A stretch of 64,000 bases of DNA from the human T2T-CHM13v2.0 reference genome, Homo sapiens: NCBI RefSeq assembly GCF_009914755.1, contig NC_060942.1; one strand, given 5' to 3'. Positions 1 through 17,832 of the stretch are shown here, piece after piece (within the stretch, counting starts at the first letter, position 1; each line of letters opens with the position of its first letter). A program made the translations under genes and the position numbers. The notes under the pieces are model-generated. The model was given only the letters and a program-made list of their open reading frames with translations, did not search any database and had not been told where the DNA came from.

Positions 1-59
1 AGCCCAGTGACCTAACACTGACAGAGGAAAGTAGTATTCCTTATTTTTAGAAAGAAATA

Positions 60-925
60 AATAATACACACATATTTTAGACACGGTATCCAGTATACAA
101 TAGAAAATAATAAAAAGGGCAAAAAAGGAGGATGACTCATGGTTAAAAAGAAAATCATGCATTAGATACAAATGCACAGATGATGAAGATATAGGAATTA
201 TTAAACAAGATCTTTAAAATAGCTATAATAACACAAATAATAATAAATATGTTAAAGAATCTACAGAAAAGCATGATATAATGAGTGGAAAGATGGAGAG
301 TTTCAGGAAATAATTTGAAGCCCCAGAAAGGACCAAATGGAAGCCAAGAACTGAAACTGATTAATATGGTTTTTGCAATAACAACATTTAATTGGGGTGG
401 GGGGTAACATCGGGCTGGACAGAGGAAGGATCATTAAAATTGAAAACAGGTAGAAATTATGCAAATGGAAGCAAAGAGAGACAAAGATTGAAAATATGAG
501 AACATAGCCACGGTAGGATAACAGCAAACAGTTTAATATTCATATAATTGGAATACCAGGCAAAAGGAAGAGAAAGAATGAAAAATAAAGTAATATTTTA
601 AAAAATGGATAAAATTTAAATTGATTTAAAAAGAAAGCAGCAAATCATGTATTCAGAATAAATAAAAAAAAATCTAGGCACATCCTAATGATACTGCTGA
701 AAAACCAACAATATAGAGAGAAATCTTAAAAGGGGCCAGAGGAAAATTACCACAATACACACAAGAGAACAACAAGAAGAAGACATAATTTCTTACTAGA
801 AACAATGAATGTTAGAAGATGATATAATGGCATTTTTAAGTGCCCAAATTAAAACAGGGGAAAAAAAGCAAAACAAAACAACAAACAAATCTTGCCAATC
901 TAAAAGTTCTATACATCAGAAAACC
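60..925 (+). mobile_element. Ancient L1M-type LINE-1 ORF1-region fragment
   Basis: A-rich, degenerate L1 ORF1-like text (ctaggcacatcctaatgatactgctgaaaaacc...gagaaatcttaaaaggggccagagg; aaacaatgaatgttagaagatg). Boundaries are approximate. Confidence 0.6.
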
Positions 926-1168
926 TATTTCTGCTTGGGATGCAGAAAGCCAGAAAGGGGAATTTGAACACACTTGTGAACTCTTCATGGGCTTCACTGA
1001 GTCCCCACAAGAACAATTGGCAAGAGTCTTGAGAACGTGTCCCTCCTGGTACAGACCAGGATGAGGGGAACAGGCGCTGCTACAAGAAACTCACGACATG
1101 CAGTTCAGATCCTTCTCTCCACTCTCCCCTTTTAAACCAAGACTTTAAAATAGGCCAGGGCAAACTGA

Positions 1169-1732
<564 letters not shown>

Positions 1733-1735
1733 TGA

Positions 1736-2236
<501 letters not shown>

Positions 2237-2602
2237 TAATGCCACACATCTACAACCATCTGATCTTTGACAAACCTCACAAAAACAAGAAATGGGGAAA
2301 CGATTCTCTATTTAATAAATGGTGCTGGGAAAAATGGCTAGCAATATGTAGAAAGCTGAAACTGGATCTCTTCCTTACACCTTATACAAAAATTAATTCA
2401 AGATGGATTAAAGACTTAAATGTTAGACCTAAAACCATAAAAACCCTAGAAGAAAACCTAGGCAATACCTTTCAGGACATAGGCATGGGCAAGTACTTCA
2501 TGTCTAAAACACCAAAAGCAATGGCAACAAAAGCCAAAATTGACAAATGCGATCTAATTAAACTAAAGAGCTTCTGCACAGCAAAAGAAACTACCATCAG
2601 AG

Positions 2603-3638
2603 GGGAGGGGAGCCAAGATGGCAGAATAGGAACAGCTCTAGTCTACAGCTCCCAGTGTAAGCGACAGAGAAGATGGGTGATTTCTGCATTTCCATCTGAG
2701 GTACTGGGTTCATCTCACTAGGGAGTGCCAGACAGTGGATGCAGGACAGTGGGTGCAGTGCACCGTTCATGAGCCGAAGCAGGGCAATGCATTGCCTCAC
2801 TCGGGAAGCGCAAAGGATCAGGGAGTTCCCTCTCCTAGTCAAAGAAAGGGGTGACAGATGGCACCTAGAAAATCGGGTCACTCCCACCCTAATACCGCGC
2901 TTTTCCAACGGGCTTAAAAAATGGCGCACCAGGAGATTATATCCCGCACCTGGCTCGAAGGGTCCTACGCCCACGGAGTCTGGCTGATTGCTAGCACAGC
3001 AGTCTGAGATCAAACTGCAAGGTGGCAGTGAGGCTGGGGGAGGGGTGCCCGCCATTGCCAAGGCTTGCTTAGGTAAACAAAGCAGCCAGGAAGCTCAAAC
3101 TGGGTGGAGCCCACCACAACTCAAGGAGGCCTGCCTGCCTCTGTAGGCTCCATCTCTGGGGGCAGGGCACAGACAAACAAAAAGACAGCAGTAACCTCTG
3201 CAGACTTAAATGTCCCTGTCTGACAGCTTTGAAGAGAGCAGTGGTTCTCCCAGCACGCAGCTGGAGATTTGAGAACGGGCAGACTGCCTCCTCAAGTGGG
3301 TCCCTGACCCCTGAGCCCCGAGCAGCCTAACTGGGAGGCACCCCCTAGTAGTGGCAGACTGACACTTCACACGGCCGGGTACTCCTCTGAGACAAAACTT
3401 CCAGAGGAACGATCAGACAGCAGCATTCGTGGTTCATGAAAATCCGCTGTTCTGCAACCACCGCTGCGGATACCCAGGCAAACAGGGTCTGGAGTGGACC
3501 TCTAGCAAACTCCAACAGACCTGCAGCTGAGGGTCCTGTCTGTTAGAAGGAAAACTAACAAACAGAAAGGACATCCACACCAAAAACCCATCTGTACATC
3601 ACCATCATCAAAGACCAAAAGTAGATAAAACCACAAAG
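2603..3638 (+). promoter_or_regulatory. L1 5'UTR internal promoter (sense/antisense), retaining the ~129-bp segment (3386-3513) lost in younger L1s
   Basis: YY1 motif CAAGATGGC at ~2614. The segment between the two ACTCC pentamers (3381-3385 and 3509-3513) is absent from L1PA2/L1HS consensus as I recall it. Confidence 0.8.
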
Positions 3639-4653
3639 ATGGGGAAAAAACAGAGCAGAAAAACTGGAAACTCTAAAAAGTAGAGTGCCTCTCCTCCTCC
3701 AAAGGAATGCAGTTCCTCACCAGCAACGGAACAAAGCTGGACGGAGAATGACTTTGACGAGTAGAGAGAAGAAGGCTTCAGACGATCAAACTACCCCGAG
3801 CTACAGGAGGAAATTCAAACCAAAGGCAAAGAAGTCAAAAACTTTGAAAAAATTTAGATGAATGTATAACTAGAATAATCAATACAGAGAAGTGCTTAAA
3901 GGAGCTGATGGAGCTGAAAGCCAAGGCTCGAGAACTACATGAAGAATGCAGAAGCCTCAGGAGCTGATGCAATCAACTGGAAGAAAGGGTATCAGTGATG
4001 GAAGATGAAATGAATGAAATGAAGCGAGAAGGGAAGTTTAGAGAAAAAATAATAAAAAGAAACGAACAAAGCCTCCAAGAAATATGGGACTATGTGAAAA
4101 GACCAAATCTGCGTCTGATTGGTGTACCTGAAAGTGATGGGGAGAATGGAACCAAGTTGGAAAACACTCTGCAAGATATTATCCAGGAGAACTTCCCCAA
4201 TCTAGCAAAGCAGGCAAATATTCAGATTCAGGAAATACAGAGAACGCCACAAAGATACTCCTCGAGAAGAGCAACTCCAAGACACATAATTGTCAGATTC
4301 ACCAAAGTTGAAATGAAGGAAAAAATGTTAAGGGCAGCCAGAGAGAAAGGTCAGGTTACCCACAAAGGGAAGCCCATCAGACTAACAGCGGATCTCTCGG
4401 CAGAAACTCTACAAGCCAGAAGAGAGTGGGGGCCAATATTCAACATTCTTAAAGAAAAGAATTTTCAACCAGAATTTCATATCCAGCCAAACTAAGCTTC
4501 ATAAGTGAAGGAGAAATAAAATACTTTACAGACAAGCAAATGCTGAGAGATTTTGTCACCACCAGGCCTGCCCTAAAAGAGCTCCTGAAGGAAGCACTAA
4601 ACATGGAAAGGAACAACTGGTACCAGCCACTGCAAAATCATGCCAAATCATAA
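3639..4653 (+). pseudogene. Disrupted L1 ORF1p (RNA-binding/coiled-coil)
   Basis: ATGGGGAAAAAACAG at 3639 and TAA at 4651-4653. Internal stops and frameshifts; track fragment 3995-4495 reads ...LQEIWDYVKRPNLRLIGVPE... Confidence 0.95.
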
Positions 4654-4716
4654 AGACCATCCAGGCTAGGAAGAAACTGCATCAACTAACGAGCAAAATA
4701 ACCAGCTAACATCATA

Positions 4717-8543
<3,827 letters not shown>

Positions 8544-8771
8544 ACAATGAGAACACATGGACACAGGAAGGGGAACATCACACTCTGGGGACTGTTGTGG
8601 GGTGGGGGGAGGGGAGAGGGATAGCATTAGGAGATATACCTAATGTTAAATGATGAGTTAATGGGTGCAGCACACCAGCATGGCACATGTATACATATGT
8701 AACTAACCTGCACATTGTGCACATGTACCCTAAAAGTTAAAGTATAATAATAATAAAATAAAATAAAATAA

Positions 8772-8912
<141 letters not shown>

Positions 8913-9715
8913 TGAAGGATACAAACAAACACTTCTGAAAAGAAATTTATGCAGCCAAAAGACACATGAAAAAATATTCATCATCACTGGCCATCAGAGA
9001 AATGCAAATCAAAACCACAGTCAGATACCATGTCACACCAGTTAGAATGGCGATCATTAAAAAGTCAGGAAACAACAGGTGCTGGAGAGGATGTGGAGAA
9101 ATAGGAACAATTTTACACTGTTGGTGGGACTGTAAACTAGTTCAACCATTGCGGAAGTCAAGTGTGGCAATTCCTCAGGGATCTAGAACTAGAAATACCA
9201 TTTGACCCAGCAATCCCATTACTGGTTATATACCCAAAGGATTATAAATCATGCTGCTATAAGGACACATGCACACGTATGTTTATTGCGGCACTATTCA
9301 CAATAGCAAAGACTTGGAACCAAGCCAAATGTCCAACCATGATAGACTGGATTAAGAAAATGTGGCACATATACACCATGGAATACTATGCAGCCATAAA
9401 AAGTGATGAGTTCATGTCTTTTGTAGGGACATGGATGAAGCTGGAAACCATCATTCTCAGCAAACTATCGCAAGGACAAAAAACCAAACACTGCATGTTC
9501 TCACTCATAGATTGGAATTGAACAATGAGAATGCATGGACACAGGAAGGGGAACATCACACACCGGTGCCTGTTGTGGGGTTGGGGGAGGTGGGAGGGAT
9601 AGCATTAGGAGATATACCTAATGTTAAATGATGAGTTAATGGGTGCAGCACACCAACATGGAATATGTATACTAATCTGCACGTTGTGCACATGTACCCT
9701 AAAACTTAAAGTAGA

Positions 9716-9749
<34 letters not shown>

Positions 9750-10006
9750 TATTTTTTATAATTGTCTACTTGATTGCAAGCTATAAAAAGCAATTAAAAT
9801 AAAAAAAAATAAAATAGGCCAGGGGTGCGTGGGGGTGGCAGCTACCGCCTGTAGTGTTGAAAACCTTTTTTAGTTGAGAGAAGGAAAACAAATTACCTCT
9901 ACCCTTAGCAGATGGACAGTACTGGGCCCAGAATTCAGCTGAAGGAGAGACAGCAACCCTGAGAGGCACCCACACCTGCATGACACCTGGGGACACAGTG
10001 CCTGCC

Positions 10007-10760
10007 TAATATAGTTTTGATATTCGTCCCTTCCAAACCTCATGTTGAAATTTGATCCCCAGTGTTGGGGTGGGGGCCTAGTGGGAGGTTTTTGGGTCAC
10101 GGGAGCTGATCCTTCTTGAAAAGCTTGGTCTTGGTGCTGTCCTGGCAGTAATGAATGAGTTCTTCCTCTATTAATTCCTGCAACCATAACTGATTTTTGA
10201 AAAGAGTGTGGCACCTCCTCTTTTTTTTTTCTGAGACGGAGTTTCGCTCTTGTTGCCCAGGCTGGAGTGCAATGGCGCGATCTCAGGCTGGAGTGCAATG
10301 GCATGATCTCGGCTCACCGCAACCTCCGCTTCCTGGGTTCAAACAATTCTCCTGCCTCGGCCTCCCAAGTAGATTACAGGCATGTGCCACCATGCTTGGC
10401 TAATTTATTGTATTTTTAGTAGAGATGGGGTTTCTCCATGTTGGTCAGGCTGGTCTCAAACTCCTGACCTCAGGTGATCCACCCGCCTCGGCCTCCCAAA
10501 GTGCTGGGATTATAGGTGTGAGCTACCGCACCTGGCCTCCTCCCCTCTTTATCTTTTGCTTCTCTCCTTTTGCCATGTGATTCCTGCTCCTCTTCACCTT
10601 CTGCCATGAGTAGAAGCAGCCTGAAGCCCTCACCAGAAGCAGATGCTGGTGCCATGCTTCTTGTACAACCTGCAGAACTGTGAGTCAAATAAACCTATTT
10701 TTCTTTATAAATTACCCAGCCTCGAGTATTCTTTTATAGAAACACGAACAGACTAAGACA
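10007..10760 (+). mobile_element. MSTB-type MaLR solo LTR interrupted by an Alu
   Basis: tatagttttgatattcgtcccttccaaacctcatgttgaaatttgatcccc...gactaagaca. 5-bp TSD CTGCC at 10002-10006 and 10761-10765. Confidence 0.85.
10221..10537 (-). mobile_element. AluS (Sp-like) with an internal 26-bp tandem duplication
   Basis: poly(T), then gagacggagtttcgctcttgttgcccagg...cctggcc. Duplicated unit at 10258-10283 and 10284-10309. Confidence 0.93.
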
Positions 10761-10859
10761 CTGCCTAAGACCCAGGCATAATGAAAACAATAACAAAAAA
10801 AGCCCCGAACCCCTGGTCCAACCATCAGACTTCTTGTCTTGGTTACTCTAGTTCCTTTG

Positions 10860-11245
10860 GTTTTCTATGTCAATTTTAGAATCAGTTTATTACTATCTAT
10901 AAAAGAGCCATCTGGGATTTTTGAATGGGCTTGTATTGACTCCATAGATCAATTACGTGAGAATTGACATAGGAACAAAATAATCATGGTATATCTCTCC
11001 ACTTGTCTTCCTTCATTTATATTATCAGTGTTTTGTAGTTTACTACATATAGATTCTGTACATGTATTATTAGATGTGTAACTATTTCACTTTTTGAAGC
11101 CATTGTAATTGCACTATTTTTTAAAATTCAGAATTCCAATTATTTATTGCCAGAATATAGTAATAAAATTGATTTTTAATATTGATCTTGTATCCTACAA
11201 CCTTGCTGAACTCATTAGTTATAAAGATGTTCTGTAGATTCCACT
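10860..11245 (-). mobile_element. Old L1M ORF2 fragment
   Basis: Antisense L1-like text (caattttagaatcagttt...ttgatcttgtatcctacaaccttgctgaactcatt). Confidence 0.65.
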
Positions 11246-11249
11246 GGGA

Positions 11250-14170
11250 AGCTAGTCATGTGGAAGTACGTGGCTGGTGGCACTCTGCTATGCAACCCTC
11301 TTTGGGGAGTCAGGAGATGCAAAAGTATATTCTGTGATTATGTAAAACAGAATTCCATTGTCTCCCAACTTGTACCATGACTGAGTTTTCAATAAGCTAT
11401 TTCACCTTTCATTTAGCCTAACCCCTTTTGAGTGATCAGGTATGTGGAAAGATCAGTTAATTTTACAGGTCTGAGCCTATTTCTGTACTTTCTTTGTTGT
11501 AAAAAGAGTTCCTCAATTAGAAGCAAAGCTATGGGAAGTGTCACACAGATAATGTATTCTATGAGTCCACAGATGGTGGAACTAAAAGCATTACAGAGAG
11601 AGAAAAAAAAATGCATATCTAGAATGTGTGTCTATTCCAGTGAGGAAGACTCTCTGCCCCATCCATGGTGCAAGAGGTCCAATGTAAATGAACTGCCATA
11701 ATGTGGCTAAGCAGGTTCCCTAGGGAATGGGGCTTAGTGTTGGTCTCTTTTGCTGATGGAGTAGGCTCTTAGCTGTAATGTTGGTTATGTCAGCCTTGGA
11801 AGAAAAAGTCATGTCGTTAAGCCCTTGTGTAGCCCCCATCCCTGCACCCATGTCATTTTTGTTTATGTAGCCACTGAGCTGATAAAGGGAACTGACATCC
11901 AAAGAGGTGTAATTTGAACCTTCTCTAAGGATGCACTTTGGTGGGCATTTACATGGGTAACAAATATCTTCAGTCTTTGCTCATTTTGTAAAGCCCATTC
12001 AAATACTTCTTCCCCGGATTTTCTTGTCACAAATTTTCTAATACTATTATTTCTATGTCCCTGACAATTCAGCCGCATTATTAGCAACTTCCCAAGAATC
12101 CTGTAAATCTATACTTTTGGCCCTAGCTCTGGACTGAATGGACAACTAGATGTACTGCTCAAGGCTCTGCCCACTGAGAAGACTTTCTTTCACTGTCATC
12201 ATTCAGGTCACCCAGTGGGACTGTAGTGGTACATTCATTTGCTTTCTATTAGTGCTATCATATTGTGAAGACCCATTTGGAATCCAGGCTTGAGTGTTTT
12301 TCTTCTTCAGATAACTGGTCATAATAAGTATCCCAGGAGGCCCTGCATATGGCTTGAAAGAAGAGACAATGCAACATTAGCTGATATTAAAGGAGCTGGT
12401 GCTACCTGCTCATGCAGCTTCCTCATAACCTTCCAGACCTGACCAAGCTTGGTCTTTTATACACTGTTTTCATCTCATGATAGGTTGCTGTGGCCGTGTG
12501 GGTCAGACAACCCAATTTATGACAGAATGCTTGGATCATGTGGCCACTTGATGTCCTATTGTTGGGTGTTCAGTTCCTACCAAGGCTCAATACAAAACAA
12601 GAAGCCATTTCTCAAAAGGAGAATAGTTATCTGCAGATTTTATGTGTGTGAATGCATGTGCATGCATGCACACGCACCCTCCTACATATCTGTGGATGAT
12701 ATATATATATATATTATATATTATATATATTATATATATATATAATATATATATATTCTAGTATCTTAGAGATCACACTGTAATTTTCCTATCAGTGCTT
12801 GTCAGGGTCTGCATGCAATATCTTTGTTTTCTGCAGACACTGAATATCATCAAATCTACTGAATCCTAAGGCCTAAGTGACAGATCAGCTTGTACTACAG
12901 AATGAACTTGCTTCACAGTTTTTTTTACTCTAGTCTCTACTAAGAACTGCCCACCTTGTGGATGATTCTGAAAATGGCCTGAAATAATACTCTCAAATGG
13001 GGGATAGGTTGTTTACAAAATTTAAAACATTATACCAGGCACTGGGCATCTTTCTATATGATGGTTGATGTGAGGTGAAGCAATTTGTTTTTCACCTTGA
13101 AGGGAATATCTCCACATTAATTCTCCATAAATTTCACTGAAGCGAATCCCTAAATTTTGGTTTACTTGGAACCTCTTGTTCATATATGTCTTACTAAGGC
13201 ACCTAAAATGTTTGTAACTTTCAGCTGACTGTATCTAATAAGCACAGCTTCATCAATACAGTAGACCAGTGTATGCTTTTCTAAGTGTCATAAAGACAAA
13301 GACCTCTGCAGACTCTACTTGGCAGGGAGCAGGTAGGTATCTGCAGGTATACTGCTGCATTAGCCATGTCAAGAGTGGCATTCCAAATGAAAGGGCCTGT
13401 GTTGTTCCAGTGAACATATTACATGTGGGACAATAGCCACAGTTGAAGTCACCAACTTATTAAGCTTACAGTAGTCCATGATCATTCTCTAATATCTACC
13501 TGATTTCTCCACAGGTTAAACTGTTGAGTTATATAAGGATAGCTAGATTTCACCGCTGTTGCTGCTTTCAAATTTTTGATTATGGCGTTTACATAAAAAA
13601 TTCCCCCAGTGATACTGCATTGCTTCTGGTATGTTATCTTAGGATTGAGGAGGAAGTTCCAGGGGCTTTCACTTAGCCCTTTCTATAATAATGGTCCATA
13701 TCTATGAATCAGTCAATATGGGGTTTCTGACTGTTGCCGAGTGTCTCTGTTGCAATCATACATTCGGGAACCAGGGACCTAAACACAAGATGGGGCTGTG
13801 GACTAACTTGTCACACTTTAAGTTGGACTTGAGCTAATATTCTGTCCATCACCTGACTGCATTGGCATTTTGGGTCACCAGGAATTAGGTTCCATTCAGA
13901 GCCAAATGTCCAGTAATCATCTAAAGGTTTGGGTTTTTGTCTTTTTGCTAATGCACAGTGACTCTAGTAAATGGCCACACATTTCTTTTTGGGTGCCTTC
14001 AGTGAAGATTTTCGGTATGTGGCTATGGCTGTAGTGGAGGATCCTCCTTTTTGGTGTCCAGAATTTCTCTTCAATTAAGAGGCAGTGGGCCAGTGAATTA
14101 ACTCAGCTTTAGAAACTGGATAAGAAGCCATGACTTTCCACTGCAGTAAACAATGTCATATTTTTGGCTG
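11250..14170 (-). mobile_element. Degenerate ERV-L-class internal (pol) remnant
   Basis: Minus-strand ORFs read LKIFVTHVNAHQ (RNase H, 11863-12087) and HQQKRPTLSPIP (integrase N-region, 11720-11902). RT-like sequence at ~13200-13500. Confidence 0.75.
12698..12756. repeat. Imperfect (TA)n microsatellite
   Basis: atatatatatatatattatatattatatatatt... read directly. Confidence 0.95.
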
Positions 14171-14559
14171 CTACACCTAGAATTTTTTTCTGGTGCTAAT
14201 TCTATCTCAGTAAGAGTTAAAGCAGAAGAGAGAAATCATGCAGTAATTTTAATAGGGAAAGTTTCATATTCATAATTATTATATTTAACAGAGGACCAGA
14301 GAAATGAAGGTTGGACTAGGGAAATACAAAAAATTATTTTTCCCACTCTTATCTCACTACACCTAGGGCAGAGAGAGTGGTCAAAAGAGAGACACCCATT
14401 CCCAAAGCCCAGCCCCAAACCTTTGTGGATGTGGCCAACTGTGGCTCATTGAATGGTAGAGAGGTCACTGAGGTGCTGAACTAGTGGGACTTGATGGAAA
14501 TATATCCTCTGTGGTTTTGGGGTATGCTGTCCACAGACAAGTACTTACTATTGAATGTA

Positions 14560-14795
14560 CTGCAAAGCCTCCTATTATGTGCCAGGGAAAACTGCTGACT
14601 GCTGGACACTGGAAAAGCCACATCATGCAGGCATGTAGAGAGAGGAGCACTGTCTCTTCAGTACTTTCTACTGCCTAAACTTAACGTTGTGTGTGTCAGC
14701 TGTAATAAGAAAAATATTAACAGATCCAGCTATGCTATCACAGAGCAGTCAAAGAAGGGTGAGTTTGGAACCAAGATAAATTGATCAGTGGCACA
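14560..14795. mobile_element. Ancient MLT1-type MaLR LTR fragment
   Basis: ...gatccagctatgctatcacagagcagtcaaagaagggtgagtttggaaccaagataaattgatcagtggcaca resembles old MLT1 termini. Confidence 0.5.
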
Positions 14796-15129
14796 GGAGA
14801 AAATTGAAGTAAATTCTCATTTTGTATACAAAGTAGGGTATTCCATGACAGTGGACTGTGACAATTTCCTCCTCTGGTGCCTTCCTCTGCTTGAAAACCC
14901 TTTGGTAACTTTAACTGGAGCAAATGGTTTGGAAATGTAAATGCCGGCTCATGCACAAAACCAAACAAGTAAATAAACCAACCAGAGAAGAGATAAAATG
15001 GAATCATAATAGTGCTGAATTAACTCAAAAATAAGCAGGAAAACAAGAAATAGGGGATATTATGAATATTATATATAACATCATGCCAAAAAACTTGACA
15101 TCTTAAATGTGAATGTAGTTCACAAATAT

Positions 15130-15595
15130 TTGCATTTAAATGTTTCTAGCATCTTATTCACAGTAGCCAAACAATTGGTTACAACCTAAATGTCTTTGAA
15201 CAGATGAGTAAATGAACAACTTATGGTACATAACGCAGTGAAATACTAGTCAGCAATAACAATGAATGAAGTACTGATACACAAAATCACATGGATGACT
15301 CTCACAAACATTCTTGGACAAAACAGCCTGAAAAAAGTATATATGCTGTATGCTTCCATTTCTATGAATTTCTATAACAGATGAAATTAAATATAGCTTC
15401 TGAATTTAGATCAGTGGTTGCTTGCTGGAAAAGAAAGGGGAAGTGAGGATTATTGGCATGAGAGAACTTTCTTGGGGAATGGAAATATTCCATATCTTAA
15501 GATGGTAGTTATATAAGTATATACATTGGTTGAAATGCATTCAACTGTATGTTTAAAACCCATGTGTTTTATCATAGGTAAATTATACCTAATTG
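15130..15595 (+). mobile_element. L1ME-type 3' end fragment
   Basis: ttattcacagtagccaaac...acaacctaaatgtc...gatcagtggttg...aaattatacct. Confidence 0.75.
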
Positions 15596-17457
15596 AACCT
15601 GACTAAATTTTTAATGCAATAATTATGTAGGCTCTGTTAGGTATAAGGCAAAAAGCCTTAACACGACATCATTTCATGGAACTTACAAAAGTTCTTTCTT
15701 TTCCACGTAGATGTTGGCCTTCCCTATCAGTTATCTTTAAAAACATTTTGAAACTGGTTTTGATTTAAGGAAGAGTAATATTTTCACAGAGTTTTGTTCT
15801 TTTGTTGGTTTTGAAAATACACAGCCACAACTATGTTTAAGAGAATTGGCACGTGCAGAGGTGGACAATAAGCCTCAAGCATTCACTCTCGTCCTTCTCA
15901 GATATTTGACACAGTAGTCTCTTGAATGTCAATTTGTTATTTTCTTTGTACAGATGAAAACTTTGAAGCTCAGAAGGCCATATGTTCTCAGACTCACATA
16001 CAAAGACACAAAAACTCTGGGATTCAGGTGTAGTAATGCCCCCCTTTCATTTTTATGAATAATTAGTTTTCCTTGTATGATTCTATTTATGTACCTCAAG
16101 TACTTGTCCATATATTTCAGGAACAAAGAGTGTATTCCTGCCCTACTCCTTCAGAAAAAGCCCTAGAGTTAGGGATGTTTTAAATCCTAGTTTATTGCTG
16201 ATTATAGACAGATTTAGAGGATAGCAAGAAGCTCTTCAGTTTTTAATATACATAAGATTTTAAAAAACGATATCAGCGGCAATAAATTGAAAGACACCTC
16301 AATTTTCTAATTGTACACAAAACTATTTTAGCCTATTTGTTCTTTATTTTAAAAGGTATACTTCCATAGGATAAAATAAAAGGGACATTACATAACACAA
16401 ATAAAATATTTTAATGTTTATAAACTCCAAAGACTCCTGAATCTTGGTATAATCCAGATCATGATACTGGCCTTTTGTTTCTACCTTAAATATATGTTTT
16501 TCTTGTGATATTGCTGCAGATATTAAAAGAGAGGATAGAGGAAGAGGAAAAGTTGGAATGATTTTTGCTATTTTCTTAACATGTCATTTATATAATCTAT
16601 AGATCTTGGCTAAAAGCATCTAATTGTTCTTTGGAAATTTGACAGCCTGGATTCAATGAGCCACTAGAGGTTTCCCCCATCAATTTCTTAGTACATTTAT
16701 CTCAGTGTGTATATTTCGGTCTTTTAGTGGTTAGTATGACTCAAGAGATGGTCTAAAATGGAAAATTTACATTTTTGTCATTATTCTTCAATTATTATGT
16801 ATGAGGCACATAACATATGTTACTTTATTTAAAACATGAATATATAAGCTTGATGTAGCGAATTGATCAGCTGCATCAAGAATGTTATAAAATATAGTTA
16901 TTAGGTTTAGTAACAACTTTGGAGAGTTGTTACATAATTCTTAGAAATGTTAAAGTGGAAAAAGAAATATACTTTGATTTTGCAGAAACACTCTAGCAAA
17001 TCAATAGTAATAAATAATTAACTTACTTCATTGGAAAAATTCCTCAACCTCAGACTAACTCACAATTGCATTATTCTTTTTGATCAAATGGTATAAACAA
17101 GCCATAGGCAAAACGTTCTGTTGGCTTTAGGATTTGAAACAGATTTTTGATCATTTGCCTGCAGGCCTATCCAATCTTTGTTCTACTGGGTTAAGAATTC
17201 AGTGTGCTTATGATGAGAATTAAAGAACCTAAAACATATTCGAGTACATTTTCACTCATGGTTCACAATATTCCATTTATCTCTCTCCATCTCAAGGCTC
17301 AGTTTATATTGTTTGTATGTTTTTCTTTGTTGAAAATATATTTTCTCTCTGATAAGCCAAACCCTCTGTTGTATCATTTTTAGAAACCAGCCAAATCACA
17401 AGAAGACTTGTTCTGGGGATTAAACAACACACAAATAAATGCATGCTAAAACCCAGT

Positions 17458-17832
17458 TGTATTAGCCCATTCTCACCCTGCTAATAAAGACATACCAAAA
17501 ACTGGGTAATTTATAAAGCAAAGGAGGTTTAAAGGATTCACAATTCCATGTTGCTGGGGAGGCCTCACAATCATGGCAGAAGGTGAAGGAGGAGCAAAGG
17601 CACGTCTTTCATGGTGGCAGGGAAGACAGCATGTGTAGGGGAACTGCCCTACATCAGATTTTTATCTGATCATCAGATTTCATGAGACTTATTCACTATC
17701 AGGAGAACAGCATGGGAAAACCCACCCCCATGATTCAATTACCTCCCACTGGGGCCCTCCCACAACACATAGAGATTATGGGAGCTACAATTCAAGATGA
17801 GATTTGGGTGGGGACACAGCCAAACTGTATCA
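17458..17832 (-). mobile_element. THE1 (C/D-like) MaLR solo LTR
   Basis: tgtattagcccattctcaccctgctaataaagacatacc...gggacacagccaaactgtatca. TSD CCAGT at 17453-17457 and 17833-17837. Confidence 0.93.

Noticed and set aside
930-1145. GC-richer segment continuing at 9825-10006 and 10766-10830, possibly an old L1 5'UTR
   Set aside because: I could not assign the family with confidence, so I left it unannotated.
16849-16880. 11-bp stem hairpin CTTGATGTAGC...GCTGCATCAAG; also a 9-bp stem at 17979-17999
   Set aside because: Too short for a pre-miRNA and plausible by chance in 64 kb.
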